Positions 22,951-33,457 are shown, counted from the first letter of the stretch. The stretch: 64,000 bases of DNA from Prochlorococcus sp. AG-355-B18 (GCA_003280965.1 QCDI01000002.1:64001-128000), one strand, 5' to 3'. The notes: a model not told the origin generated them from the letters alone. Made by a program: numbers and translations.

Positions 22951-23319
22951 ATGAAAGAGAATCACAAAAACCAAGAAAAAATTTATGATGCTGAAGTTTT
23001 AGAAAGTTCAACATTTGATGAGAATATCATCATCAAAATCCTTATTAAAGCTGGAAGAACAATTGCTAAACCTGCCTTAGAAGTTTTAGAGATGGCTTTA
23101 GATCCTTACACTCCTGCGCAAGTAAGAGTTTCCTTAATGGCTGCATTAGCCTATTTGATTATGCCCTTTGATCTTTTCCCTGACTTTATGCCTGTAGTTG
23201 GTTTCAGTGATGATTTTGTAGCCCTTACTGCAGTACTTAGCATATGGAGTAAATATATGTCTCCTTCAATAAGAGCGAGAGCAGAAAAAAAACTTAATAA
23301 ATTATTCCCTTTCTATTGA
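22951..23319 (+). CDS. YkvA / DUF1232 family membrane protein
   Basis: ALAYLIMPFDLFPDFMPVVGFSDD signature. Confidence 0.88.
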   Translation: MKENHKNQEKIYDAEVLESSTFDENIIIKILIKAGRTIAKPALEVLEMALDPYTPAQVRVSLMAALAYLIMPFDLFPDFMPVVGFSDDFVALTAVLSIWSKYMSPSIRARAEKKLNKLFPFY

Positions 23320-23640
23320 ATGAGTAAACTATCTCAAAAGGAAGAAAAAGAATTAGTCTCCTTCATAAAGGATTGGTTAAAATCACATGGATATAATCAA
23401 AAAGATTTGGCATATGAATTAAATATTAAATCGAGCAGAACATCGGAGATTATTCTAAAAATAAACGAATTACATAAAAAAGGAGGTATGTTCAACATCG
23501 CAAAAAATCTTATAAAAATTGAGCAAAAATGGCTAAACGATATCAAAAATGATTTCCCAGAGAATAACCAAACACCACCATATAATCAATTAGATATCGA
23601 CTCTTTAGTAAAACAAATGAATCAAGACACTAGTGAATAA
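23320..23640 (+). CDS. Hypothetical protein with possible XRE/Cro-like HTH
   Basis: Starts immediately after the ykvA stop; GYNQKDLAYELNIKSSRTSEI resembles an HTH. Confidence 0.6.
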   Translation: MSKLSQKEEKELVSFIKDWLKSHGYNQKDLAYELNIKSSRTSEIILKINELHKKGGMFNIAKNLIKIEQKWLNDIKNDFPENNQTPPYNQLDIDSLVKQMNQDTSE

Positions 23641-23863
23641 ATATATTTTTAGAATTTAGTATTTTAAATAGAAATTGTCTTCTCTTTTACAAAGAAATTA
23701 AAAATAAAATTTATTCCAATTAAAACCTATCTTTTGATATAGAAATATCATTTTACTTCTTAAATATAATCAATGAATAAATTTTTAATGAAGAATATTT
23801 TTATAGAAAATCTATTAATTAATTTATTTAAATTTAAATTTAAAAAATATCAATAAACTTTAT

Positions 23864-24133
23864 TTAAAAAGCCTGAACCCATGGATATATATCATAAGTA
23901 ATCCATATACCTTTTTCCCAATATATATCTTTCTCAATTAAATCTCTTAATTGATATTCATCGCTAGCATTAAAAATTGCAAACAAATATTTAGTACATT
24001 TTGTAGGTCCTAAAGTAACTAAAATATTGCGATCTTTTAAATTTTTAAGCCTTTTAAGATGTTGTTCACGGAATGGTTCCCTCTTAATGATTGCGTCTTC
24101 ACAATACTTCCCAAACACTACATACTTTTCCAT
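23864..24133 (-). CDS. YciI family protein
   Basis: KREPFREQHL, LGPT, DIYWEKGIW. ATG at 24133 (alternative TTG at 24139). Confidence 0.85.
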   Translation of the reverse strand: MEKYVVFGKYCEDAIIKREPFREQHLKRLKNLKDRNILVTLGPTKCTKYLFAIFNASDEYQLRDLIEKDIYWEKGIWITYDIYPWVQAF

Positions 24134-24231
24134 TTTCAAAGATAACTAATAGAACAAATATATAATTAATAATTGCATATATTACACACAAATTGCTATC
24201 TTATTTAGGAAGAACTTTCTTTTAATTAATT

Positions 24232-24582
24232 ATGCTCACTGGTAGTGATCTTCTGGCAAAAGTTAAAGTACTTGGAGATGTCAGCAAGTCCGAACTTGTT
24301 CGTGCTTGTGGGTATGTTTCAGCGAAAAAGAATGGGGGGGAGCGCTTAAATTTCACAGCATTTTATGAAGCACTTTTAGAAGCAAAAGGAGTGAATCTTG
24401 GTGATGCTGGAGTTGCTGGCATTGGAAAAGGAGGAAGAAAACTAAGTTATATAGCTACAGTACAAGGGAACGGAAATCTTTTGATTGGCAAAGCATATAC
24501 TGCACTTCTAGATTTAAAAGCAGGCGATGAATTCGAAATTAAATTAGGTAGAAAACAAATAAGATTATTGCCAGCTGATTAA
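24232..24582 (+). CDS. Cyanobacterial AbrB-like transcriptional regulator (cyAbrB)
   Basis: LTGSDLL, ACGY, FYEALLEAKG, and the C-terminal AbrB domain VQGNGNLLIGKAYT...GDEFEIKLGRKQIRL. Confidence 0.92.
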   Translation: MLTGSDLLAKVKVLGDVSKSELVRACGYVSAKKNGGERLNFTAFYEALLEAKGVNLGDAGVAGIGKGGRKLSYIATVQGNGNLLIGKAYTALLDLKAGDEFEIKLGRKQIRLLPAD

Positions 24583-24664
24583 ACTTAAAGGTAATAAAAA
24601 AATAATTTTATGTATGATTTAAAAGTTTTTAATTAGTTTTTTTTAATCTCTCAATTAATTAAGT

Positions 24665-25507
24665 TTATTTTTTTCGATCTGCAGCTAAACGCATATCATT
24701 ACAAAATTTACCAACATTATTAACAACATCTTTTTCACTTGAACTAGAAATTCTTTTTATAAATGCACTTCCAATAATTACTCCATCTGCCCCCCATTCA
24801 CGAACTTTATTAACATGTTCAGGAGTGGATATTCCGAAACCAACAGCAATTGGATTATTATTTATTTCTTTTAATTTAGCAATAAGATTTTCTACTCTAC
24901 TTTCCATTTTGTTTCTCTCCCCAGTGACACCAGTTACACTTACTAAATAAGTAAACCCTTTTGTATGATTGGATATTTTTTTCATCCTTTCGAAAGGAGT
25001 AGTTGGGGCAACCAATAAAACCAAGTCCATAGAATGATTACTAACTATTTTAGAAAATTTATAAGCTTCCTCTAAAGGAAGATCAGGAATTATAAGTCCA
25101 GAAACTCCAGCATTGGAAGCTAACTCGCAAAAGTGTTCAAATCCAAAGCATAATAAAGGATTTAAGTAAGTAAAAAGTATTATGGGAACTTTTAATTCCC
25201 CTTTTAAAGACTCTAAAAGGTTAATTACTTTTTTTGGAGTAGTCCCTGACTTTAGTGCTCGAGAGGCAGATAGTTGAATAATAGGCCCGTCTGCTAAAGG
25301 ATCACTATATGGAATTCCTAACTCAATAAGGTCAGCACCATTTTCTTGTAACTTTAATAAGATCTCAGATGTTTTCTCAATATTTGGGTCCCCAGCCATT
25401 ATGAAAGGCATCAAAGCTATTTTTTTATTATTTTTTAACTCATAAAACTTCTCATCTACACTAGATAAAGCTTGATTTTTAGTCATTTGCATTTTGTTTT
25501 CTTTCAT
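24665..25507 (-). CDS. trpA: Tryptophan synthase alpha chain
   Basis: IELGIPYSDPLADGPIIQ, YLVSVTGVTG, VGFGIS, ADGVIIGSA. Confidence 0.98.
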   Translation of the reverse strand: MKENKMQMTKNQALSSVDEKFYELKNNKKIALMPFIMAGDPNIEKTSEILLKLQENGADLIELGIPYSDPLADGPIIQLSASRALKSGTTPKKVINLLESLKGELKVPIILFTYLNPLLCFGFEHFCELASNAGVSGLIIPDLPLEEAYKFSKIVSNHSMDLVLLVAPTTPFERMKKISNHTKGFTYLVSVTGVTGERNKMESRVENLIAKLKEINNNPIAVGFGISTPEHVNKVREWGADGVIIGSAFIKRISSSSEKDVVNNVGKFCNDMRLAADRKK

Positions 25508-25534
25508 AAAATTTAGATTTTTTCCTGTTTAAAT

Positions 25535-25855
25535 TTATGAATTTTTTTCTAAATCTTCCATTAGTTTTTCCTGATCTTCCTTTGACAATGAATTGAACTT
25601 AGTTTCCAGTTTATCATTAACAACTTTTTCGTACTCTTTTCTATAACGCTTTCTTTGTTCCATAAAAGTCATTTTTCCATTGACAACTCTATAAACATAA
25701 GATGATACCCAAGTAATTACAATAAGAATTAAAATACAACTTGAAATAGTACTAGCTGTAAAATTATCTATGCCAAATTGCGGTGACAAGTTGTAACTAA
25801 TTAATCCTAAAATAGAAACTAATATCCCTATTTGTACAACTTTACCTTTAGTCAA
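25535..25855 (-). CDS. DUF3007 family membrane protein
   Basis: Two TM helices and WVSSYVYRVVNGKMTFMEQRKRY; the ndhL-DUF3007-trpA order is typical of cyanobacteria. Confidence 0.8.
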   Translation of the reverse strand: MTKGKVVQIGILVSILGLISYNLSPQFGIDNFTASTISSCILILIVITWVSSYVYRVVNGKMTFMEQRKRYRKEYEKVVNDKLETKFNSLSKEDQEKLMEDLEKNS

Positions 25856-25859
25856 CTAT

Positions 25860-26093
25860 TTACCCTTTACCGCTTCCCCTTAATCTGAGATTTAAAAATG
25901 GAGAAAATAAAATTAAACCTGGAAAAAAAAGAAATACTAGTCCATATATTCCTAATCTCTCAAATTTGCCCATAACATTCCATCTGTTATTCATCCAGTA
26001 GAATAGTAATAATGGAATAACTAATAAGTAGAAAGATATAACACCAACATAGGCAATTAATGTTGCGAATGAATTATTAAAAATATTCTCCAT
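25860..26093 (-). CDS. ndhL: NDH-1 subunit L
   Basis: [17 protein letters not shown]...FERL...[17 protein letters not shown]. Start moved to ATG at 26093 because the longer ORF overlaps the tRNA. Confidence 0.93.
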   Translation of the reverse strand: MENIFNNSFATLIAYVGVISFYLLVIPLLLFYWMNNRWNVMGKFERLGIYGLVFLFFPGLILFSPFLNLRLRGSGKG

Positions 26094-26135
26094 TTTGATT
26101 GATGGCTTCTTAGTTAAAACATAACAATTATTTAG

Positions 26136-26151
26136 AGTTCTCGTAAGAACT
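26136..26151 (-). other. Small hairpin (AGTTCT-TACG-AGAACT) between tRNA-Leu and ndhL
   Basis: 6-bp stem with a UACG loop on the minus strand; no clear U-tract. Possible processing or stability element. Confidence 0.3.
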
Positions 26152-26168
26152 AAAAAATAATTAAAAAA

Positions 26169-26254
26169 TGGGAGTGGGGGGACTTGAACCCCCACGAGCT
26201 AAAGCGCTCGACGGATTTTAAGTCCGGCGCGTCTACCAATTCCGCCACACTCCC
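26169..26254 (-). tRNA. trnL: tRNA-Leu(UAA), intron-less, CCA not encoded
   Basis: Reverse complement GGGAGTGTGGCGGAATTGGTAGACGCGCCGGACTTAAAATCCGTCGAGCGCTTTAGCTCGTGGGGGTTCAAGTCCCCCCACTCCCA: TAA anticodon, long variable arm, GTTCAAG T-loop. Confidence 0.97.
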
Positions 26255-26358
26255 AAAAGTAATTTGCGCTTTTTTATCGTAACCGAAAGTATCCCATTTA
26301 ACCAAGAAAAATTGGAATATTTAAACTTTTGTTGAATGGTAAAATTAATACAAATTTT

Positions 26359-27408
26359 TTAATTTACTATCCCATCTACTTGCCATTTTAAAGTTTCACC
26401 AGCGTGTAATGGTTTTATTTGACCAACAATATTTTCCTCTTCAAAAACATCAATAAAATCTACGATTTTATTTGGTTTAGACACTAATTTTATTCTTTCT
26501 TTATTTGGGGGCACATTGTAAAATTTAGGACCATTCAAACTTGAAAACTTCTCAAAATTATCTAAAGCATTTTCCTCTTCAAATACTGTTAAATAGCTTT
26601 CTAATGCTACTGGGGAATTAAAAATACCAGCACAACCACAAAAGGCTTTCCACTTTCTAAGATGTGGAGCCGAGTCAGTCCCTAAGAAAAAACATTCTTT
26701 CCCACTTGTTGCAGCTTTCCTTAAAGCTAATCTATGTTTTTCCCTCTTTGCTACTGGTAAGCAATAAAAATCGCTATTTAAGCCTCCAAAAAACATTGCA
26801 TTTCTATTTATATGCAAATGATGTGGAGTAATAGTAGCTCCAATATTATTTTCTTGAACAAAATCCACTGCATAAGAGGTGGTAATATGTTCCAAAACAA
26901 TTTTTAATTTTGGAAATCTTTTAGCTATTGGTGTAAGTTCCCTATCTATAAATACTTCCTCTCGATCAAATACATCTACTTCAGAATCAGTCACCTCTCC
27001 GTGTATTAAGAGAGGTATTCCAGAATCTTGCATTAATTCAAAAATCTCATACAAATTTTCTATTTTTTTAACTCCATAACTTGAATTTGTCGTAGCATTA
27101 GCAGGATATAATTTTGCGGCAAAAAAGACATTATTTTTGAACCCACTTATTAGTTCCCTTTTATCCGTCTCATCAGTGAGATAAATAGTCATTAATGGTT
27201 CAAACTTAGAAGTTCCTGGCAACGCTTCAACAATAGATTTCTTATATGAAATTGCACTATCAATAGATGTAATTGGATTTTTAGTATTTGGCATGACGAT
27301 AGCTCTTCCGAAATATTCGGATGTAAAATGAATAATATTTTTTAATACAGGGCCTTCTCTTAGATGTAAATGCCAATCATCAGGTTTTAATATGGTTAAT
27401 GTCTTCAA
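26359..27408 (-). CDS. pyrC: Dihydroorotase (class II, E. coli type)
   Basis: PDDWHLHLR, KLYPANATTNS, LEHITT, FLGTDSAPH. Confidence 0.97.
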   Translation of the reverse strand: MKTLTILKPDDWHLHLREGPVLKNIIHFTSEYFGRAIVMPNTKNPITSIDSAISYKKSIVEALPGTSKFEPLMTIYLTDETDKRELISGFKNNVFFAAKLYPANATTNSSYGVKKIENLYEIFELMQDSGIPLLIHGEVTDSEVDVFDREEVFIDRELTPIAKRFPKLKIVLEHITTSYAVDFVQENNIGATITPHHLHINRNAMFFGGLNSDFYCLPVAKREKHRLALRKAATSGKECFFLGTDSAPHLRKWKAFCGCAGIFNSPVALESYLTVFEEENALDNFEKFSSLNGPKFYNVPPNKERIKLVSKPNKIVDFIDVFEEENIVGQIKPLHAGETLKWQVDGIVN

Positions 27409-27529
27409 AATTTTTACTATTTAATCAATTTTAACAACAAATTAAATTTGACAATAAATTATAGATATTCGAGGATAGTTATTAATCAATTTTTTTTAAA
27501 GATTTAAATATCTAAGCTAGATCTTAAAT

Positions 27530-28609
27530 ATGAGTGATTTTTTATTTCCAACAATAGAAATAATATTAGGAGTAATTTTACTTTTTGCAGGAGGAGAGTT
27601 CTTTATAAGAGGAGCCATAAATTTATCTTTAATTTTAGGTATACCTCAAATAGTAATTGGATTAACAGTTGTTTCTCTGGGTACGAGCTCTCCTGAGTTA
27701 TTGGTGAGTCTAAGTTCAATTTTAAAAGGCAGTGATTCCCTTGCAGCTAGCAATGTAATAGGGAGCAATATTTTTAATGTTCTTGTAGTTTTAGGTATTA
27801 GCTCATTGATAACACCACTTAATGTAAAAAGCAGAATAGTCAGAAGGGATGTTCCTCTTTTAATGGCTATTTCAGTTGCAGTTTGGGCAATGTCATCAAC
27901 AGGCCTATTAACATTTCAAGCAGGAATCTTTCTAATATTTTGTTTAGTGTTAAATACAATATGGGAAATCAATACCATCAATGAGAAAGGAGATGATACA
28001 AAAGATGCTGAACCAGAGATAGAAGAGTTGAATGAAAATTATAAAGGGAAGCTAAATATCGTACTAAAGTTGATATTGGGAATATTTCTTTTAAGCTTTG
28101 GTTCAAACATCTTAGTAAATGGTTCTCAAACTCTTGCCACTATTTTGGGTGTAAATGAAATTATCATTGGATTAACTATTGTTGCCACCGGAACATCTTT
28201 GCCCGAATTAGTAACTTCAATAATTGCTGCATTTAAAGGTAAAACAGATCTTGCGATTGGGAATGTAATAGGAAGCAATTTGCTTAATCAACTTCTAATC
28301 CTTGGAAGTTGTAGTATTTTTTCAGGATTTAAAGGATTAGTTATTGAACAAAACCTTATAAAAGTTGATCTACCATTTATGGTTTTAACAACATTTGCAT
28401 GCTTGCCAATTTTCTGGAGCAAAGGAAAAATTTCTAGAATAGAAGGATTTATTTTGCTTAATCTTTATATTTTCTACATTCTAGATAAAATTCTTTACTT
28501 GAATAGATTTAATTATCTTTCTGAATTAAGGATAGGTTTGTTTATTTACTTTTCATTACTAACAATTTTTCTCTTTGCTCAAGAAAAATTAAAATTTTCT
28601 AAATCATAA
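27530..28609 (+). CDS. Calcium/sodium antiporter (CaCA, YrbG-like)
   Basis: Two alpha repeats GTSSPEL...NVIGSN and GTSLPEL...GNVIGSN. Confidence 0.93.
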   Translation: MSDFLFPTIEIILGVILLFAGGEFFIRGAINLSLILGIPQIVIGLTVVSLGTSSPELLVSLSSILKGSDSLAASNVIGSNIFNVLVVLGISSLITPLNVKSRIVRRDVPLLMAISVAVWAMSSTGLLTFQAGIFLIFCLVLNTIWEINTINEKGDDTKDAEPEIEELNENYKGKLNIVLKLILGIFLLSFGSNILVNGSQTLATILGVNEIIIGLTIVATGTSLPELVTSIIAAFKGKTDLAIGNVIGSNLLNQLLILGSCSIFSGFKGLVIEQNLIKVDLPFMVLTTFACLPIFWSKGKISRIEGFILLNLYIFYILDKILYLNRFNYLSELRIGLFIYFSLLTIFLFAQEKLKFSKS

Positions 28610-28611
28610 TT

Positions 28612-29991
28612 TTAGCCATACATAGTCACAAATTCTTCTGAGATAGTTGGATGCAAAGCCATAGTAATATCAAAGTCTTTTTTGGTTATACCTGCATTTA
28701 ATGAAATTGATACCATTTGAATAATTTCAGATGATGTTTCTCCAAACATATGACATCCCAGTACTTTGTCAGTTAATTTATTAACAACTATCTTCAACAT
28801 GCATTTTGATTTATCCTCTTTAAAAGTATTTGACATAGGCGTAAATTTACATTTGAAAATTTTTATATTTTCCTCAGAGTAAATCTCTTTTGCTCTTTTC
28901 TCACTTAAGCCAACTGTTGAAATTTCAGGAATAGTGAAAACTGCCTTGGGAATATATTCATAATTAACTTTTCTTTTTTGACAATTAAAAAAATTATCCG
29001 AAAAAACTCTGCCTTGTTCTATTGCAACTGGAGTTAAGTTTGGTTTGTTTATGATATCTCCTACTGCAAAAATATTAGCGTTGCTTGTTTGATTAAGTTC
29101 GTTAACTTCTAAAAATGAGCCATCCATCTTGAGATTTAAAAAATTCAAATTCAAAGGCAAAAGATTTGGTTCTCTACCTGTAGCAATAAGGATATTATTA
29201 GTTAGGATTTTATCTCCAGAGCCTAAGGTAGATTCCAAATTCCCATCAACTCTTTTTACAGACTTTAATTGATTTCTGGAAATTATTTTTATTCCATTTA
29301 AAGAAGTTGATTCTTCTAAGCATGAAGATAGATCATCATCAAAACCATTAAGTAAACGTTGGCCCCTAATTAATTGAGTTACTTCAGTTCCCAAATTACT
29401 GAAAATAGAGGCAAATTCACAGGCAATATACCCTCCTCCAACAATTAATATTGAGTCAGGAAACCTATCTAATTTAAAAATATCATCACTACTCCATGCC
29501 AATTCTTCCCCAGGTATATTCATTTTCTTTGGTTTACCTCCAACTGATATGAGAATTTTTTTTGAACTTATATTATTTATAGTTTTCTGTGTTTTTGGAC
29601 AAATTATCTCTAATTCATTTTGAGTTTTAAATCTTCCTAATCCCTCAAAAATAGTTACATTCAATTTCTTTAAAGAATTTCTATGTAAATTACTTAATCT
29701 GAGAACCTCCTCTCTAACATTCTTCAATAAAATATTAGATTCAAAATTAATACCTTCTTTTTTTATTCCATATCCTTCAGAAGAATCTATATTTTTTTTA
29801 CTTTTAGCTGCATAAACCATCAATTTTTTAGGAACACATCCCCTTATTACACAAGTGCCTCCTATTTCATTTACTTCTATGATCGCAACTTTTGCTCCAT
29901 AACTAGCGGCACGTTTAGCAGCTGCCAGTCCTCCAGATCCAGCACCAACAACAATTAAATCAAATTCAAATTCCAAGACTTTTTTAATCAA
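28612..29991 (-). CDS. gor: Glutathione-disulfide reductase
   Basis: GAGSGG, GGTCVIRGCVPKK redox-active disulfide, GGGYIACE, HPTISEE. Confidence 0.96.
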   Translation of the reverse strand: MIKKVLEFEFDLIVVGAGSGGLAAAKRAASYGAKVAIIEVNEIGGTCVIRGCVPKKLMVYAAKSKKNIDSSEGYGIKKEGINFESNILLKNVREEVLRLSNLHRNSLKKLNVTIFEGLGRFKTQNELEIICPKTQKTINNISSKKILISVGGKPKKMNIPGEELAWSSDDIFKLDRFPDSILIVGGGYIACEFASIFSNLGTEVTQLIRGQRLLNGFDDDLSSCLEESTSLNGIKIISRNQLKSVKRVDGNLESTLGSGDKILTNNILIATGREPNLLPLNLNFLNLKMDGSFLEVNELNQTSNANIFAVGDIINKPNLTPVAIEQGRVFSDNFFNCQKRKVNYEYIPKAVFTIPEISTVGLSEKRAKEIYSEENIKIFKCKFTPMSNTFKEDKSKCMLKIVVNKLTDKVLGCHMFGETSSEIIQMVSISLNAGITKKDFDITMALHPTISEEFVTMYG

Positions 29992-30027
29992 TTATTATAG
30001 CGTTAGATTCTAGCTTTAATTCAAATA

Positions 30028-31257
30028 ATGAATGAGATTTTGACATGGGATGATTTAAATAAGTTTGAAATTGATGATCTTGATAGAGTCAATGGTTTTA
30101 ATAATTCCTACTCAAATTTAAGATTATTTGGGAATCCTGAAAATGATGTAATGGTTACCCTCTACAGGGATAGACATTCATGGTGTCCTTATTGTCAGAA
30201 AATATGGTTATGGCTTGAATATAAGAGAATTCCCTACAGAGTAAAAAAAATAAATATGTTTTGCTACGGTCAAAAAGAAACTTGGTTTCTTGATAAAGTT
30301 AGATCTGGCAAATTACCAGCTATTGAATTTAAAGGTCAAATTGTAACAGAAAGTGATGACATCGTAGCTTTTTTAGAAAATGAATTTGGAGCGCTTGGGT
30401 CTTTTATAACATCAAGTCACTTAAAAAAAACTCGAGAATTGGAAAGAGAAATTTTTAGAGCTTGGTGTAATTGGCTTTGCCGAGAAAGCTTTAATTTCAT
30501 AGACAACTCTTTTCGAAAAAAAAGATTTAAGGAATCTATTTCTAAATTTGATGAGATCTTGGGCGCATCAGAATCAGGGTTTATTGACCCAGCAGAATCT
30601 ACTTCAAGTGAATTAGTGCCAGGCATTGGAGATATAATTTTTATTCCTTATATGGAAAGAATGAATGCTTCTTTAACCTACTATAAAGGGTTTAATCTAA
30701 GATCTAATTATCGATATATAGATAAATGGCTTACACTTTTTGAAGGGACAAGTACTTATAGAGGAACTCAAGGAGATTTTCATACTCACTCTCACGATTT
30801 ACCGCCACAGATGGGTGGATGTTATAAAGAAAGCAATGAAAAACAGATTGCTTTCTCTAAATCAATAGATACTGGAGAAGGCCTTGGTAATTTTGAATTT
30901 AATAAAAATTATGATTCAAAATATTACGCTAAATTTGCTCTTAAAAGAATAATAAAGCATAAAAATAATTTAATAAAAGTAAATCCACACGATAAAGAAT
31001 ACTTTGAAGAATCATTGAGATCAGCCTTAACTCATATGATCACAGGTGAAATAAGAACTCCTGAGAAAGTTTCAGGAAAATCTCTGAGATATTTAAAAAA
31101 TAGAATCTCAGTTCCAAGAGATATGCCAATTATTTCTGCAAGGTTATTAAGGCAATCATTAAATAAAATTGAATTACTAGATCAAAATAATGAAGAAGAA
31201 AAGATACCTCTCAAACATAGATATGATCAAGATCCTAAGAATTTTATTTCTAATTAG
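30028..31257 (+). CDS. Glutathione S-transferase family protein (Cys-type active site)
   Basis: WCPYCQK and ESDDI N-terminal GST motifs, plus a long C-terminal domain. Confidence 0.85.
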   Translation: MNEILTWDDLNKFEIDDLDRVNGFNNSYSNLRLFGNPENDVMVTLYRDRHSWCPYCQKIWLWLEYKRIPYRVKKINMFCYGQKETWFLDKVRSGKLPAIEFKGQIVTESDDIVAFLENEFGALGSFITSSHLKKTRELEREIFRAWCNWLCRESFNFIDNSFRKKRFKESISKFDEILGASESGFIDPAESTSSELVPGIGDIIFIPYMERMNASLTYYKGFNLRSNYRYIDKWLTLFEGTSTYRGTQGDFHTHSHDLPPQMGGCYKESNEKQIAFSKSIDTGEGLGNFEFNKNYDSKYYAKFALKRIIKHKNNLIKVNPHDKEYFEESLRSALTHMITGEIRTPEKVSGKSLRYLKNRISVPRDMPIISARLLRQSLNKIELLDQNNEEEKIPLKHRYDQDPKNFISN

Positions 31258-32652
31258 CTATAAATTTTTTCTTGAATCTATTTGAAGTAAATCTCTTATT
31301 TTTTGAACTTGACTTGCAATATTAGGATCGATAGATAATTTTTTTTCAACTTGTTCAATAGCATACATAACTGTTGTATGGTCTTTCCCACCAAATTCAT
31401 CTCCAATTCTTGGCAGGCTTAAATCAGTTCCATGTCTCATAAGATACATGCCTATTTGTCTAGCTTGACTTACTGGTTTTCTTCTACTTGAACTGATCAA
31501 TTCATCAGTAGAAACTTTAAAGAACTCGGATACTTTATCAATAACTTGTTTTGGAGTTACAACTACTCCAACACTATTAGGATCAAGCATTGGAGCAATT
31601 GATTGTACAGTCATTGGCAAGCCTGTTATTGAAGCAAAAGCAACGGCTCTAGTAAATGCCCCTTCCAATTCTCGAATATTCGAAGTAAATCTACCTGCTA
31701 TAAATTGAATTAAATCTCTAGGGAGACTCATCCTCTCTTGTTCTGCCTTTTTCTGAAGAATCGCAGTCCTTGTCTCAAGATCAGGGGGTTGAATATCTGC
31801 AGTCATACCCATAGAGAACCTAGAAATTAATCTCTCCTGAATTCCAGACAATTGATTTGGAGGCCTATCACTTGCAATAACTATTTGACTACCTGATTCG
31901 TGAAGAGCGTTAAAAGTATGAAAAAATTCTTCTTGTGTATACTCTTTACCTTCTAAGAACTGTATATCGTCTATTAGTATCAAATCTACATTTCTATATT
32001 TATCTCTGATAGCTGTCATTCCATCTCTTCTGATACCACTAATAACATCGTTAGTAAAGGTCTCTGTAGATACATATTTGACTTTAGCTTCAGGATCTAT
32101 TTCAACTCGATAATGACCTATTGCCTGCATTAAATGAGTTTTACCAAGACCTACTCCACCACAAATAAATAAAGGGTTGAACTCTCTTCCAGGAGATTCG
32201 GCAACTGCTAAAGCAGCGGCATGAGCTAATCTACTATTGGGACCTACAACAAATCTTTTAAAGACATAACGTAAATTTAAGCCGTTAGGATTTTTGGATC
32301 GATTTTTTGAAGAAATTTCTTGACTACTTTTGGATAATGATTTGGTTTTATGATTCACTTTCTGTTCATCGCCATTATCTTTATTTGTGAAAGGGCTGCT
32401 GATATTTGTTTCAGATTTAAAAACAACTTTTACATCATGGCCGCAAATATCTTTTGCAGCTTTTTCGATTGTTCCACAATAATTCTTTCTTAACCAATCA
32501 CTGGAAAATGTATTTGGAGCAATTAAGGTCAATAAGCCATTCTCAAAACAATTAAATTTAGCAGGCCTAATCCATGTCTCAAATGAAGGCTTACTTAAAG
32601 TTTTTTGGAGTGATTGTTGAACTTCCGCCCAAATAGGATTAGTTGCTTGCAA
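31258..32652 (-). CDS. dnaA: Chromosomal replication initiator DnaA
   Basis: [11 protein letters not shown]alker [27 protein letters not shown] start. Confidence 0.99.
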   Translation of the reverse strand: MQATNPIWAEVQQSLQKTLSKPSFETWIRPAKFNCFENGLLTLIAPNTFSSDWLRKNYCGTIEKAAKDICGHDVKVVFKSETNISSPFTNKDNGDEQKVNHKTKSLSKSSQEISSKNRSKNPNGLNLRYVFKRFVVGPNSRLAHAAALAVAESPGREFNPLFICGGVGLGKTHLMQAIGHYRVEIDPEAKVKYVSTETFTNDVISGIRRDGMTAIRDKYRNVDLILIDDIQFLEGKEYTQEEFFHTFNALHESGSQIVIASDRPPNQLSGIQERLISRFSMGMTADIQPPDLETRTAILQKKAEQERMSLPRDLIQFIAGRFTSNIRELEGAFTRAVAFASITGLPMTVQSIAPMLDPNSVGVVVTPKQVIDKVSEFFKVSTDELISSSRRKPVSQARQIGMYLMRHGTDLSLPRIGDEFGGKDHTTVMYAIEQVEKKLSIDPNIASQVQKIRDLLQIDSRKNL

Positions 32653-32821
32653 AATTTTATTCTCTAGATTATTAATCTAGTTGGAATTTAATAATTGGCC
32701 ATTGTCAAATCGTAAGATCACGACAAATTTAAAATTATTTAACAAAGCGTCATCTAAATTTATAAAAAAATTTTTATTTTTTTTAATTTGCATATAATTA
32801 TTTTTAAAACTCTGTAAAGTA

Positions 32822-33457
32822 TTGGAAAAAGCACTACTTATTATCATGGCGAAATGGCATGGTTTTGGAAGATGCAAAACAAGATTATCAAAAGATATAG
32901 GTAAAAGTAATTCTGCAAAAGTACAAAGTGTGATGACCAAACACACTATTTCAGTAGCCAAATCACTCCAAAAAAATAAGCTTATTGAAATTTCCATAGC
33001 CATATCTGGTTTAGGAAGGAAAAATTGTAGAAAATGGTCTAGAGAATTAGGTATCAAAAAATTTAATTTACAGGGAAAAGGATGTTTGGGAGAAAAAATG
33101 AAAAGACAAATAATTATCAACAATAAATTTTGTGCTAAAAATAAGATAAAAAATATTATTTTTATTGGAACTGACCTTCCAGATTTATGCCATCAAGATT
33201 TATTGAAAACTTTAAGGGAGCTTCAGCAAAATGATCTTATTTTAGGACCTTCTAATGATGGAGGATATTGGCTTATTGGTTTATCAAAAAAAATAATTTC
33301 AACAAATCTATATTCCCCTTTTATTAACATTAAGTGGGGTACTAAAAATGTTCTTCAAAATACAATTGATAATTTAGCTTCTTCAAAATTTAAATATAAA
33401 TTTTTAGATAAAAAAATAGATATAGATACAATTATTGATATTGAAAATAGAAGATAA
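32822..33457 (+). CDS. TIGR04282/DUF2064 family glycosyltransferase
   Basis: GRCKTRL, QGKGCLGEKM, IGTDLPDL, LGPSNDGGYWLIG, DIDT. Confidence 0.85.
   Translation: MEKALLIIMAKWHGFGRCKTRLSKDIGKSNSAKVQSVMTKHTISVAKSLQKNKLIEISIAISGLGRKNCRKWSRELGIKKFNLQGKGCLGEKMKRQIIINNKFCAKNKIKNIIFIGTDLPDLCHQDLLKTLRELQQNDLILGPSNDGGYWLIGLSKKIISTNLYSPFINIKWGTKNVLQNTIDNLASSKFKYKFLDKKIDIDTIIDIENRR

Noticed and set aside
26094..26195. N-terminal extension of ndhL
   Set aside because: It runs into the tRNA-Leu gene; ATG at 26093 gives a typical 77-aa NdhL.
32677..33123. 148-aa minus-strand ORF
   Set aside because: Antisense shadow of the TIGR04282 glycosyltransferase with no motifs.
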